DNA of 64,000 nucleotides from Chthoniobacterales bacterium (GTDB lineage Bacteria; Verrucomicrobiota; Verrucomicrobiia; Chthoniobacterales; UBA6821): NCBI GenBank assembly GCA_019747895.1, contig JAIEQF010000019.1, positions 792 to 64,791 of the forward strand, read 5' to 3'. Shown piece by piece: positions 54,160 to 64,000 of this stretch (position 1 is its first letter; each line of letters starts with the position of its first letter). The notes under the pieces were generated by a model. It saw only the letters and a program-made list of their open reading frames with translations, ran no database searches and was not told where the DNA came from. The position numbers and the translations under genes were made by a program.

Positions 54160-55290
54160 CTAACGATTTGCACGAAGAGTTCTTGTAAACTGAGTCAACT
54201 CTGCTGTGAGCCAGAGAGTAAGATTGGCTGTATGTTCAACTGTTATATTACTACTTCTATTTCTTTCTCTGAGTGCTTGAATGCGAGCAGTGCCTGCTTC
54301 CATTTCTGAGAGAGATTGTCGATAGAGTTGATTTCTTCCCTCCTTGAGATAAGCATAGCTTCCTATTGCTGCAATAGTTCCTGCTGCAAGTGTAAAAGGA
54401 ACAGCAGTGGGACAGATCAGCGATAATGGAATAGCGGATTTGCAAAAAGCAGCATGGATGGCAGCTGGGATAGCATATCCGGCTGCACCAGCAGCGCCGC
54501 TGCCAATAACAAAATTATAATTGAGGTCATCCAGCATCTGTTTAGTAAGATCAATTTGCGAAAGAAGATTGTTTTTAATTTGTGTAGCATCATTACCAGT
54601 GAGATTTGCATGCTGTGTGTCTGCCATTTCAATTCTTTGCTTTAACTGACTTAAATATCTTTTCATGTTTTCAATTCGAGTGCTATTAGGCTGTCCGTTG
54701 TTATTAAAACGTTGCGCCGCGGTTATGAATGAGTATTTGCTCTCGGCAAGCAAGCTTCCTAATTTGGTGATGGTGGTAATGAACTGAATCCATTTTTCTT
54801 TGTTGGCAATTTGGGTGCGAACAACCTGTGCATGCTTCACTCTTGCTAATTCAGTTTGAAGGGCTCTAGCTCTTTTATTTCTAAATCTGGATTCAAAAAA
54901 TTCGGAAGCACTTTGGCTGTTAAGAATAGTAAAGGCGCTATTTCTATTTCTGCCATTGTTAGAGGTTGTTATTTCTAGTTTAGGAGCAGTGCTGCTTTGT
55001 GAAGAACCTGTTCTGTTGATGTTGTATCGAGGTTGCAGGCCTTTCTGATTCTCTGCATCGGCATTATCATTGTCTGGGTCTGTTGCCTGACGTTCGTGTT
55101 CTTGAATGGTGCGTTCTAATGCAGCTTGATCGGTCTTTTTTTTAGATTCTTCGAGAGGGTTACGACTCAACATCATGAGCGGTGATGAAAAGGAATTTTC
55201 TGTCACATCGGTCGAACTATTCTGAGCTAAAAGAAAATGACAATTTCCCATCACAAGAGTTAGGATGAGGAGAGATGTGGTTTTTTTCAT
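54160..55290 (-). CDS. hypothetical secreted/membrane protein with coiled coil and a ~55-aa bilobed hydrophobic segment
   Basis: It has a signal peptide, Asn/Gln-rich and helical regions, and then VIGSGAAGAAGYAIPAAIHAAF-CKS-AIPLSLICPTAVPFTLAAGTIAAIGSYAYL. Confidence 0.55.
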   Translation of the reverse strand: MKKTTSLLILTLVMGNCHFLLAQNSSTDVTENSFSSPLMMLSRNPLEESKKKTDQAALERTIQEHERQATDPDNDNADAENQKGLQPRYNINRTGSSQSSTAPKLEITTSNNGRNRNSAFTILNSQSASEFFESRFRNKRARALQTELARVKHAQVVRTQIANKEKWIQFITTITKLGSLLAESKYSFITAAQRFNNNGQPNSTRIENMKRYLSQLKQRIEMADTQHANLTGNDATQIKNNLLSQIDLTKQMLDDLNYNFVIGSGAAGAAGYAIPAAIHAAFCKSAIPLSLICPTAVPFTLAAGTIAAIGSYAYLKEGRNQLYRQSLSEMEAGTARIQALRERNRSSNITVEHTANLTLWLTAELTQFTRTLRANR

Positions 55291-55442
55291 GCAATGAAGT
55301 TATGTGCGATTGAAAATAGGCGTCAATGTGAAATTTGAATTTTGAAAATGTGAATAACTTGGTGATAAGTGATGGTAACTTTAATATTTTGTTAACAAAT
55401 TCGGAGCTGGATTTTGACGAGCTCTCGCTCTACAGAAGAAGG

Positions 55443-56795
55443 ATGTCAAAATCAGAATTGCGCCATCGCTTGGAAGAATTAGGGGTCAGACCAAGTAAAA
55501 TGCTGGGTCAAAATTTTCTTCTCGATGGGAATCTAGCGAGGGCAATTGTTGGAGCAATGGATATTACGGAAGGGGATCATGTCGTAGAGGTCGGTCCAGG
55601 AATGGGGGCATTGACGCATCATATTATTTTGTCACCTGCAAAAAGAATTACATTGATTGAACGGGACTATCGCTTAGCTCAAGAATTGAAGAGTCGTTAT
55701 CAAGAGGATGTTCGCGTGCAAGTCATCACGGGAGATGCTGCGCAAGCAGATCTGAGATTGCTCTACGGCAATGGTCCTATCAAGCTGCTTGGCAATCTCC
55801 CTTATAGTGCCTCAACAGCTATCATTTCTCATTTTACAGAACCACTTGCACCGACCTGCAAGCTAGTCCTAATGCTGCAAAGAGAGGTTGCGGAACGTTT
55901 GGCAGCATCTCCTCGAGATAAAAATTATGGAGCGTTGACGGTGCTTCTTGGGCGGCATTGGATTGTCAAAAAAACACGTATTGTTCCGCCTGATGTTTTT
56001 TGGCCGCGACCCGCTGTTGAGTCGGCTATTGTTGAGATCACTCTGCGTTCTCAAGAGGAACTGATTCCGTGTGATGAAGAAAAATTTAAAGAACTTGTCC
56101 GCTTGGGGTTTTCATCGCGTCGTAAGCAATTAGGATCGCTCTTAAAAATTCCAGCTGCGCAATGGCAAGAGCTCATGCAAAAGTTGGGATTTCCTGTCAC
56201 CATTCGCGGAGAAGATCTCACGATTGAGGCGTGGTCTTCTTTGGTCAAGATGCTTCATCCTGTGGTGGGGCATTCCCCTGAAGAGCAGTGTGATGTTGTC
56301 GATAAAGAAGATCGTGTAATCGATGTTCAGAGTCGCGATATTGTCCATGTGAATAAGTGGCCTCATCGGGCTGTTCATCTCTGGATTTTTAATGAAGCAG
56401 GGGAGCTTTTTTTGCAAAAACGGTCTCGTTGGAAATCGAATCACCCTGGGCTCTGGTGTTCGAGTGTTGCTGGCCATGTCGATTCGGGAGAAGATTACAT
56501 GACAGCAGCGCATCGAGAGTTAAAAGAAGAACTCGGTGCAGTATTAGGCCTTCGCCTTTTTCATCGAATTGAAGCGAGTTGCATCACGGGGGAAGAGTTC
56601 ATTGAATGTTTCTATGGTTATAACGAAGGGCCTTTTAAAATGGATCCTTGCGAATTGGAGACGGGGGCTTTTTTTGCTCCAGAAGTGATCCTAAAGTGGC
56701 TCGCTGCTACGCCCGAAGCATTCACGCCTGTTTTCAAAATTCTTGCGCTCGAATTTCTTCAGAGTGAGACAAAATGTCATTTTAAACCTTTTTAA
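55443..56795 (+). CDS. rsmA: 16S rRNA (adenine1518/1519-N6)-dimethyltransferase RsmA fused to a C-terminal Nudix hydrolase domain
   Basis: The RsmA part has LGQNFL and VVEVGPGMGALT. The Nudix box is GHVDSGEDYMTAAHRELKEELG in the same uninterrupted frame. The ATG at 55443 is preceded by GAAGGA; the track start at 55335 is unlikely. Confidence 0.8.
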   Translation: MSKSELRHRLEELGVRPSKMLGQNFLLDGNLARAIVGAMDITEGDHVVEVGPGMGALTHHIILSPAKRITLIERDYRLAQELKSRYQEDVRVQVITGDAAQADLRLLYGNGPIKLLGNLPYSASTAIISHFTEPLAPTCKLVLMLQREVAERLAASPRDKNYGALTVLLGRHWIVKKTRIVPPDVFWPRPAVESAIVEITLRSQEELIPCDEEKFKELVRLGFSSRRKQLGSLLKIPAAQWQELMQKLGFPVTIRGEDLTIEAWSSLVKMLHPVVGHSPEEQCDVVDKEDRVIDVQSRDIVHVNKWPHRAVHLWIFNEAGELFLQKRSRWKSNHPGLWCSSVAGHVDSGEDYMTAAHRELKEELGAVLGLRLFHRIEASCITGEEFIECFYGYNEGPFKMDPCELETGAFFAPEVILKWLAATPEAFTPVFKILALEFLQSETKCHFKPF

Positions 56796-56914
56796 AATGG
56801 GTCAAAGTGACTCAGTTTAAAGTTCCAGAAACATTCCGTAAAACTTAATTTGCTTGTTTTTAGACTGTTATAAAATCTTAAGAAGCTGGCATGAGATCTG
56901 CTTCTTATAAAAGC

Positions 56915-58870
56915 ATGTCAAATTCACGAAAAATATTAGGAATCGATTTAGGAACGACTAATTCTTGCATGTCTGTCATGGAGGGATTGGAACCTGTTGT
57001 GCTCGAAAATGCCGAAGGAGCTCGTACGACTCCTTCCGTTGTTGCATTTACTAAGAGCGGAGAACGTCTTGTTGGTCAGGCTGCCAAACGTCAGGCCATC
57101 ACGAATGCTTGTAACACGATCTACTCGGTAAAACGCTTTATGGGCGCCAAGTATGAAGAAGTGCGTGGGGAGCAAGATCGCGTTCCCTACAAGCTGGTCA
57201 AAGCTGCTAATGGCGATGCCCACATTCAAGTAGAGATTGATGGCAAGCCAAAAACTTTTTCTCCGCCGGAAATTTCGGCAATGATTTTAGCTAAGCTGAA
57301 GGCCGATGCAGAAGCGAAGCTTGGTGAAAAAATCACTCAAGCAGTCATTACTGTTCCAGCTTATTTCAACGACTCACAGCGTAACGCGACGAAGGATGCT
57401 GGTAAAATTGCAGGCCTCGAAGTGCTCCGCATTATCAACGAGCCAACAGCAGCTTCTTTGGCGTACGGCTTGGAAAAAGAGAAGGATGAAAAAATTGCTG
57501 TCTATGACTTGGGTGGTGGAACGTTCGATATTTCGGCGCTCGAATTAGGCGATGGCGTCTTTGAAGTTCGCGGAACAAACGGTGACACTCACCTTGGTGG
57601 TGACGATTGGGATTATCGCATCATGGAATGGATCATGAAGGAATTCAAAACGGAATCTGGCATTGATCTTTCTAAACAACCAGATGCTGTTCAACGTATC
57701 AAAGAAGAAGCAGAGAAAGCCAAAATCGCTCTCTCTTCCGCTCAAGAGTACGAAATTAATCTTCCGTTTGTGACGGCTGATGCTACAGGGCCAAAGCACA
57801 TTCAAAAGAAATTGACTCGCTCAAAATTAGAACAACTGACCGATGATCTTTTTCAACGGACGATTGAACCAGTGAAAAACTGCTTGAAAGATTCGCACTG
57901 GACCATGAGTGACATCAGCGAACTCGTTCTTGTGGGCGGTATGACTCGTATGCCAAAAGTTGTGGACACAGCTCGAAGCCTTCTTGGAAAAGAACCGCAC
58001 AAAGGAGTGAACCCTGATGAAGTTGTAGCGATCGGTGCTGCTATTCAAGGTGGTGTGCTTCGCGGTGATGTTAAAGATGTGCTTTTGCTTGATGTTACCC
58101 CATTGACACTCTCGATTGAGACGGCAGGCGGTGTTGCAACGGCAATGATTCCACGTAATACAACGATCCCGACGAAGAAATCACAGACCTTTTCGACTTA
58201 CAGCGACAATCAACCTGGCGTTGAAATCAAAGTGCTTCAAGGAGAGCGGCCATTAGCTCGTGATAACAAACAGCTAGGTGTTTTCCATCTTGATGGACTT
58301 CCACCAGCTCAGCGTGGCGTTCCTCAAATCGAAGTCTCTTTTGATATCGATGCTAATGGAATTCTTCACGTGACAGCCAAAGATCTTGGTAGTGGCAAGG
58401 AGCAAAAAATTTCTATCACTGGTTCTAGTGGGCTGACGAAAGAGGAAGTTGAGAAGATGCAGAAAGAGGCAGAAGCTCATGCTGAAGAAGATAAAAAAGC
58501 AAAAGAAGCTATCGAAATTCATAACAATGCCGATACGCTAGCTTATCAATGTGAGAAACAACTCAAGGAGATGGGTGATAAAATCGATGGCGCTTCTAAA
58601 AAGGAAGTCGAAGATGATATCGCAGCTGTCCGTGAGGCTCTGAAAGGAAATGATGTTGAGGCAACCAAGGCTGCTTATGAAAAATTGCAGACGAAGTTCC
58701 AAGAGATCAGCGCTGAATTGTACAAGAATGCTTCTGCATCTGGAGCTGAAGGAGCTGAACATCATCATGAATCTTCAGCAGAGCCTAAAAAAGAAGGCGA
58801 TGTTGTTGATGCTGAATTTGAAGTCGTCGACGATGACAACAAAAAAGACGATCACAAAAAGAAAAAGTAA
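56915..58870 (+). CDS. dnaK: molecular chaperone DnaK (Hsp70)
   Basis: It has GIDLGTTNS and DLGGGTFD with full-length Hsp70. The ATG at 56915 ([13 protein letters not shown]) is preferred; an alternative ATG lies at 56891. Confidence 0.97.
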   Translation: MSNSRKILGIDLGTTNSCMSVMEGLEPVVLENAEGARTTPSVVAFTKSGERLVGQAAKRQAITNACNTIYSVKRFMGAKYEEVRGEQDRVPYKLVKAANGDAHIQVEIDGKPKTFSPPEISAMILAKLKADAEAKLGEKITQAVITVPAYFNDSQRNATKDAGKIAGLEVLRIINEPTAASLAYGLEKEKDEKIAVYDLGGGTFDISALELGDGVFEVRGTNGDTHLGGDDWDYRIMEWIMKEFKTESGIDLSKQPDAVQRIKEEAEKAKIALSSAQEYEINLPFVTADATGPKHIQKKLTRSKLEQLTDDLFQRTIEPVKNCLKDSHWTMSDISELVLVGGMTRMPKVVDTARSLLGKEPHKGVNPDEVVAIGAAIQGGVLRGDVKDVLLLDVTPLTLSIETAGGVATAMIPRNTTIPTKKSQTFSTYSDNQPGVEIKVLQGERPLARDNKQLGVFHLDGLPPAQRGVPQIEVSFDIDANGILHVTAKDLGSGKEQKISITGSSGLTKEEVEKMQKEAEAHAEEDKKAKEAIEIHNNADTLAYQCEKQLKEMGDKIDGASKKEVEDDIAAVREALKGNDVEATKAAYEKLQTKFQEISAELYKNASASGAEGAEHHHESSAEPKKEGDVVDAEFEVVDDDNKKDDHKKKK

Positions 58871-58895
58871 ATTTAACAATAATTAACCAGTCACA

Positions 58896-59042
58896 TTCTA
58901 GAGCGTTTTAAAAATTATTGTAGTCGATGCAGTGCCAGGAACGAGGAGCGCAGATCCGCAGTGTATATCTAATACTCGAGGACGCGAGCACCGAAGTGAC
59001 GCCGCAATGCGCGACTACAGAAATTTTGAAAATGTTCTAGCG
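58896..59042. repeat. ~145-nt imperfect palindrome element, copy C (inverted relative to A and B)
   Basis: The reverse complement carries the core CGGTGCTCGCGTCCTCGAGTATTAGATATACACT. The arms are CTAGAGCGTTTTAAAAATTATTGTAGTCGATGCAG and GCAATGCGCGACTACAGAAATTTTGAAAATGTTCTAG. Confidence 0.85.
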
Positions 59043-59066
59043 ACTACAACACGGAGAACAAACACC

Positions 59067-59360
59067 ATGGCAGTAAATATCCAACCTCTCAGCGATCGAG
59101 TGCTCGTGCAATTGATCGAAGAGAAAGAAGTCAAAAAAGGCGGCATTATTATTCCTGATACCGCTAAAGAAAAACCACAGGAAGCCAAAGTGATCGCTCT
59201 CGGTACTGGCAAACTTGATGATGAGGGCAAGAAAATTGCTTTCGTTGTAAAGAAAGGAGACACCGTTCTCATTTCGAAGTATGGCGGGACCGAAGTCAAA
59301 GTGGAGGGAACGTCTTACATGATCATGCGCGAAGATGATATCCTTGGCATCATTGGTTAA
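59067..59360 (+). CDS. groES: co-chaperonin GroES
   Basis: [21 protein letters not shown]...GGIIIPD. The ATG at 59067 has GGAG 11 nt upstream. The track ORF start at 58932 lies in the repeat. Confidence 0.95.
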   Translation: MAVNIQPLSDRVLVQLIEEKEVKKGGIIIPDTAKEKPQEAKVIALGTGKLDDEGKKIAFVVKKGDTVLISKYGGTEVKVEGTSYMIMREDDILGIIG

Positions 59361-59372
59361 TTTTAACACTAA

Positions 59373-61037
<1,665 letters not shown>

Positions 61038-61081
61038 GTCCAACGCTGAACAATTCGTTCATTTAGCAACAGTAACAAAAG

Positions 61082-61111
61082 AGCCGCGTCGAAAGACGCG
61101 GCTTTTTTTTG
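61082..61111 (+). terminator. rho-independent terminator of groESL
   Basis: AGCCGCGTC-GAAA-GACGCGGCT followed by T8. Confidence 0.9.
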
Positions 61112-61190
61112 TTTACGGTTTTGGAACTTTAATTGAACGAATATCTGTGTCGTGTGTCTAATTTTTTTAGAAACATGAAAATATTTTATT

Positions 61191-62213
61191 ATGATGAAAT
61201 CGCTTCGCTGGCTATTACTGCTGTTTTTTTTGAATGGAACGATTCCGTTTCTATTCTCGAGCGTTGAGAAAATGAAATGTCCGATGGGTCGTGACTACGA
61301 TCTTTATCTGCCAGAAAAAATAGATCCCGATCGCACTTATTGGCTGGTTTGTTATGTCCATGGTGCTCATGGGACAGCTCAAGATGACATAAAAAGTCTG
61401 CAGCATTTTGTAGACAATATTGATTGTATTGGTGTCGCTCCTAGCTTTGCTCGCGGATTTCAACTTTTGGAAAATAAAACGGATGAACAACTCATCGGTA
61501 TCCTTCATCAGTTGAGCTCAAAGTACAAACTCCATGAAAAACTATTTGTTTATGGGCATTCTGCTGGTGGCCAGTTTACGCATCGTTTTATGTTGCGACA
61601 TCCTGATCTCGTGATCGCTTGCGAGGCTTGTTCTAGCGGCACTTGGGCGACGGGTGGTGTTTATCAAAGTCTCACGTCTGCAGCGAAGGCAGTGCCAATG
61701 ACCATTGCTTGTGGTTCAGAAGATAGTGGAAAAATAGGCGGTGTCATTGAACGATTGGCCCTCAATTGCTCTGTTACAGCACACACACCAAAGGAAAATC
61801 CTGGTTGGAATCGGGTGGAGTGGTTTAAGAAATTTATGCAACAACTTGAAAAAGAAAAATTTTTCTTCAGGGCGAAAGTTTTTCCTGGAGAATCGCATCA
61901 AGTTCAGGAGAGCGAGCAAGAGAAGCTGGCCATGGAATCTTTTCTTTTGGGAACATGTGGCATGCTTCCTGTGGAGCGTGCAACGTATGATGCTGCCATA
62001 GCAACGATCAAAAAAAATAGTGCTGATAAAAATTTCGAACTAGTAAAAAGTGAGCTTCAACAACTTCGCCATGATGTTGATTCACGTTCGAAAGAAACAG
62101 TTTGCGCTGCACTTCTTGTTCAAGACTGGCATGTCAATGAAGCCGCGCTAGATCAATGCTTGAGGGCTGCAGAAGAATTTGTGAACGAAGAAATAAATTT
62201 TCTTCAAAAGTAG
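61191..62213 (+). CDS. alpha/beta hydrolase (esterase-like), secreted
   Basis: It has a signal peptide and the YGHSAGG nucleophile elbow (GxSxG). Confidence 0.6.
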   Translation: MMKSLRWLLLLFFLNGTIPFLFSSVEKMKCPMGRDYDLYLPEKIDPDRTYWLVCYVHGAHGTAQDDIKSLQHFVDNIDCIGVAPSFARGFQLLENKTDEQLIGILHQLSSKYKLHEKLFVYGHSAGGQFTHRFMLRHPDLVIACEACSSGTWATGGVYQSLTSAAKAVPMTIACGSEDSGKIGGVIERLALNCSVTAHTPKENPGWNRVEWFKKFMQQLEKEKFFFRAKVFPGESHQVQESEQEKLAMESFLLGTCGMLPVERATYDAAIATIKKNSADKNFELVKSELQQLRHDVDSRSKETVCAALLVQDWHVNEAALDQCLRAAEEFVNEEINFLQK

Positions 62214-62261
62214 AATAAACTTTCTCTTCACAAGTAGCCCTCTCTCTTGTTTTATAGAGTG

Positions 62262-64000
62262 ATGAGTAAAACTTCTTCTTCTGAAACATTTGGTCAGACA
62301 CTTCCCGCTAATAAGCAGCTGCTCTCCTGGGTTAAGGAGGTTGTTGAGCTCACGACGCCCGATCAGATTTTTTGGTGCGATGGGAGTGAGGCCGAAAAAG
62401 AATTTTTGACGCAGCAGGCTGTTGATCAAAAAATCTTGATCAAGCTCGATCAAAAAAAGTGGCCCGGTTGCTATTATCATCATTCCAATCCAAATGATGT
62501 GGCGCGTGTTGAGCAGGCCACATTTATTTGCTGCGGGCGCAAAGAAGATGCTGGCCCAACAAATAATTGGGCAGCTCCCAAAGAAATGTATAACAAACTT
62601 CACGGGATGTTGCACGGTGCGATGAAGGGACGGACGATGTATGTGATTCCTTACCTTATGGGACCTGCTGGTTCGACGATGACGAAAGTTGGCGTGGAGT
62701 TGACTGATTCGATTTACGTGGTCCTCAACATGCGGATCATGACACGCACGGGAGAGGTGGCCTTGAAGCATCTCGGCGACAGCTTTGATTTCAATCGCGG
62801 CATTCACTCCGTCTTGGATTGTGATCCAGCTCGGCGCTTCATCTGTCATTTTCCACAAGACAATGCAATTATTTCTGTCGGCTCCGGCTATGGTGGTAAT
62901 GTTTTGCTCGGGAAAAAATGTCTCGCATTGCGCATTGGATCAGCGTTAGGGCGCAATGAAGGTTGGTTGGCAGAACACATGTTACTTCTTTGTCTTGAAG
63001 ATCCTGAAGGAAAGAAAACCTACGTTGCTGCGGCTTTTCCATCGGCTTGTGGAAAAACAAATTTTGCGATGATGATTCCGCCGGAGAGTTTCAAAGGATG
63101 GAAGGTGACGACCGTGGGAGATGATATCGCTTGGATGAAGCCAGGAAAAGATGGACGGCTTTATGCCATCAATCCGGAAGCCGGTTATTTTGGCGTTGTT
63201 CCTGGGACGAATAATAAATCCAATTTCAATGCGATGCGGAGTATAGAACGCGATACGATTTTTACCAATGTGGCGCGTACGCCTGATGGAGATGTCTGGT
63301 GGGAAGGAAAAGATAATCCGCCTCCAAAAGATCTCATCGACTGGAAAGGAAATCCATGGAATCCCGAGGGTGGCGAAAAAGCGGCGCATCCGAACAGTCG
63401 CTTTACGGCTCCGATGAAAAACAATCCTGCTGTGGCTGAAGAGGCCGAATGGCCAGAGGGCGTCCCAATCAGTGCCATTATTTTTGGAGGTCGACGAGCC
63501 AACACGATGCCACTTGTTTTCCAGGCATTCAATTGGATTCATGGAGTCTACATCGGAGCCACCGTCGGTTCTGAAATGACTGCTGCTGCGGCTGGAACAT
63601 TAGGCCAGGTGCGGAGAGATCCGATGGCGATGTTACCGTTTTGTGGTTACAACATGGGAAAATATTTTGATCATTGGTTGGAGATGCGACGCATGATTAA
63701 AATTTTGCCACGCATTTTTCATGTGAATTGGTTTCGTAAAGGCTCAGACGGCAATTTTCTTTGGCCTGGTTTTGGCGAAAACATGCGTGTCTTGCAATGG
63801 ATTGCAGAACGTTGCCAAGGCCGTGCTAATGGCCTGGAGACAGCGATTGGATGGATGCCTCGTTATGAGGACATGAACATGAATGGCATTCCAGGTGGGA
63901 TGACGGCAGAGCGCTTTGAAGCCTTGCAAAAAATTGATCCTGAGGAATGGCAACGCGAATTAATTCTTCAAGATGAACTCTTCATCAAACTCTATCGTGA
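62262..64000 (+). CDS. pckG: phosphoenolpyruvate carboxykinase (GTP), 3'-truncated by the window end
   Basis: It is absent from the ORF track because no stop falls in the window. My own translation from ATG 62262 gives [10 protein letters not shown]...WCDGSE...[13 protein letters not shown]...GDDIAWM...NSRFTAP..., continuous to 64000. Confidence 0.93.
   Translation, partial: MSKTSSSETFGQTLPANKQLLSWVKEVVELTTPDQIFWCDGSEAEKEFLTQQAVDQKILIKLDQKKWPGCYYHHSNPNDVARVEQATFICCGRKEDAGPTNNWAAPKEMYNKLHGMLHGAMKGRTMYVIPYLMGPAGSTMTKVGVELTDSIYVVLNMRIMTRTGEVALKHLGDSFDFNRGIHSVLDCDPARRFICHFPQDNAIISVGSGYGGNVLLGKKCLALRIGSALGRNEGWLAEHMLLLCLEDPEGKKTYVAAAFPSACGKTNFAMMIPPESFKGWKVTTVGDDIAWMKPGKDGRLYAINPEAGYFGVVPGTNNKSNFNAMRSIERDTIFTNVARTPDGDVWWEGKDNPPPKDLIDWKGNPWNPEGGEKAAHPNSRFTAPMKNNPAVAEEAEWPEGVPISAIIFGGRRANTMPLVFQAFNWIHGVYIGATVGSEMTAAAAGTLGQVRRDPMAMLPFCGYNMGKYFDHWLEMRRMIKILPRIFHVNWFRKGSDGNFLWPGFGENMRVLQWIAERCQGRANGLETAIGWMPRYEDMNMNGIPGGMTAERFEALQKIDPEEWQRELILQDELFIKLYR

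Noticed and set aside
56796-56914. Looked for CIRCE (TTAGCACTC-N9-GAGTGCTAA) or sigma-32-type promoters upstream of dnaK, and likewise upstream of groES at 58871..59066.
   Set aside because: No convincing match was seen by eye. AT-rich hexamers such as TATAAA are present, but spacing to any -35-like element is poor, so no promoter is claimed.
62148-63542. Minus-strand ORFs of 236, 63, 186 and 115 aa.
   Set aside because: They are antisense to the clear plus-strand pckG reading frame, with low-complexity or odd composition.

Overview
This is a 64-kb chromosomal segment of a moderately AT-rich bacterium. GroEL, DnaK and a GTP-type PEPCK look PVC-superphylum or Verrucomicrobiota-like to me, from recall only; no search was run. 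I support about 55 protein genes and recognise no rRNA, tRNA or CRISPR by eye.

Gene content by region:
- Left ~16 kb looks accessory. It holds a Bro-N protein, an intact class A beta-lactamase, an Rpn nuclease, a LOG enzyme and a truncated DUF2165 remnant. It also holds two AAA+/DUF4143 ATPase paralogs each next to GNAT genes, one GNAT pseudogene and a small nucleotidyltransferase.
- The middle starts with a trans-sulfuration pair, a UvrC / FeS-type (6-4) photolyase / RNase-H-like string, and a Fic protein next to an S26 peptidase homolog with a substituted catalytic dyad.
- It continues with a glycosylation cluster (GT2, sulfotransferase, AsnB, GT4, GT-C-like) interleaved with Ser-rich and Gly-decapeptide-repeat ORFs, then CutA-RuvB.
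- It ends with a tandem CesT-like protein next to a patatin/ExoU-like phospholipase, a UvrD-type helicase and a PBP5-type carboxypeptidase.
- The right part holds ProC, ComEC, ThiL, a CPBP protease, an RsmA-Nudix fusion, dnaK-groES-groEL and an alpha/beta hydrolase. It ends with a 3'-truncated pckG that the ORF track misses.

The most unusual signals are non-coding:
- Three copies of a ~145-nt imperfect palindrome with a conserved core and arms that differ between copies but stay complementary within each copy.
- Inverted arrays of a CGCAAAGAA-type 9-mer around ~100-bp spacers, abutting start codons.
- Imperfect 7-8-nt tandem repeats 1-16 nt upstream of at least six start codons.
- An 11-bp x5.8 tandem repeat running into the Fic start codon.

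All family calls are from motif recognition and memory. No statistics were computed.
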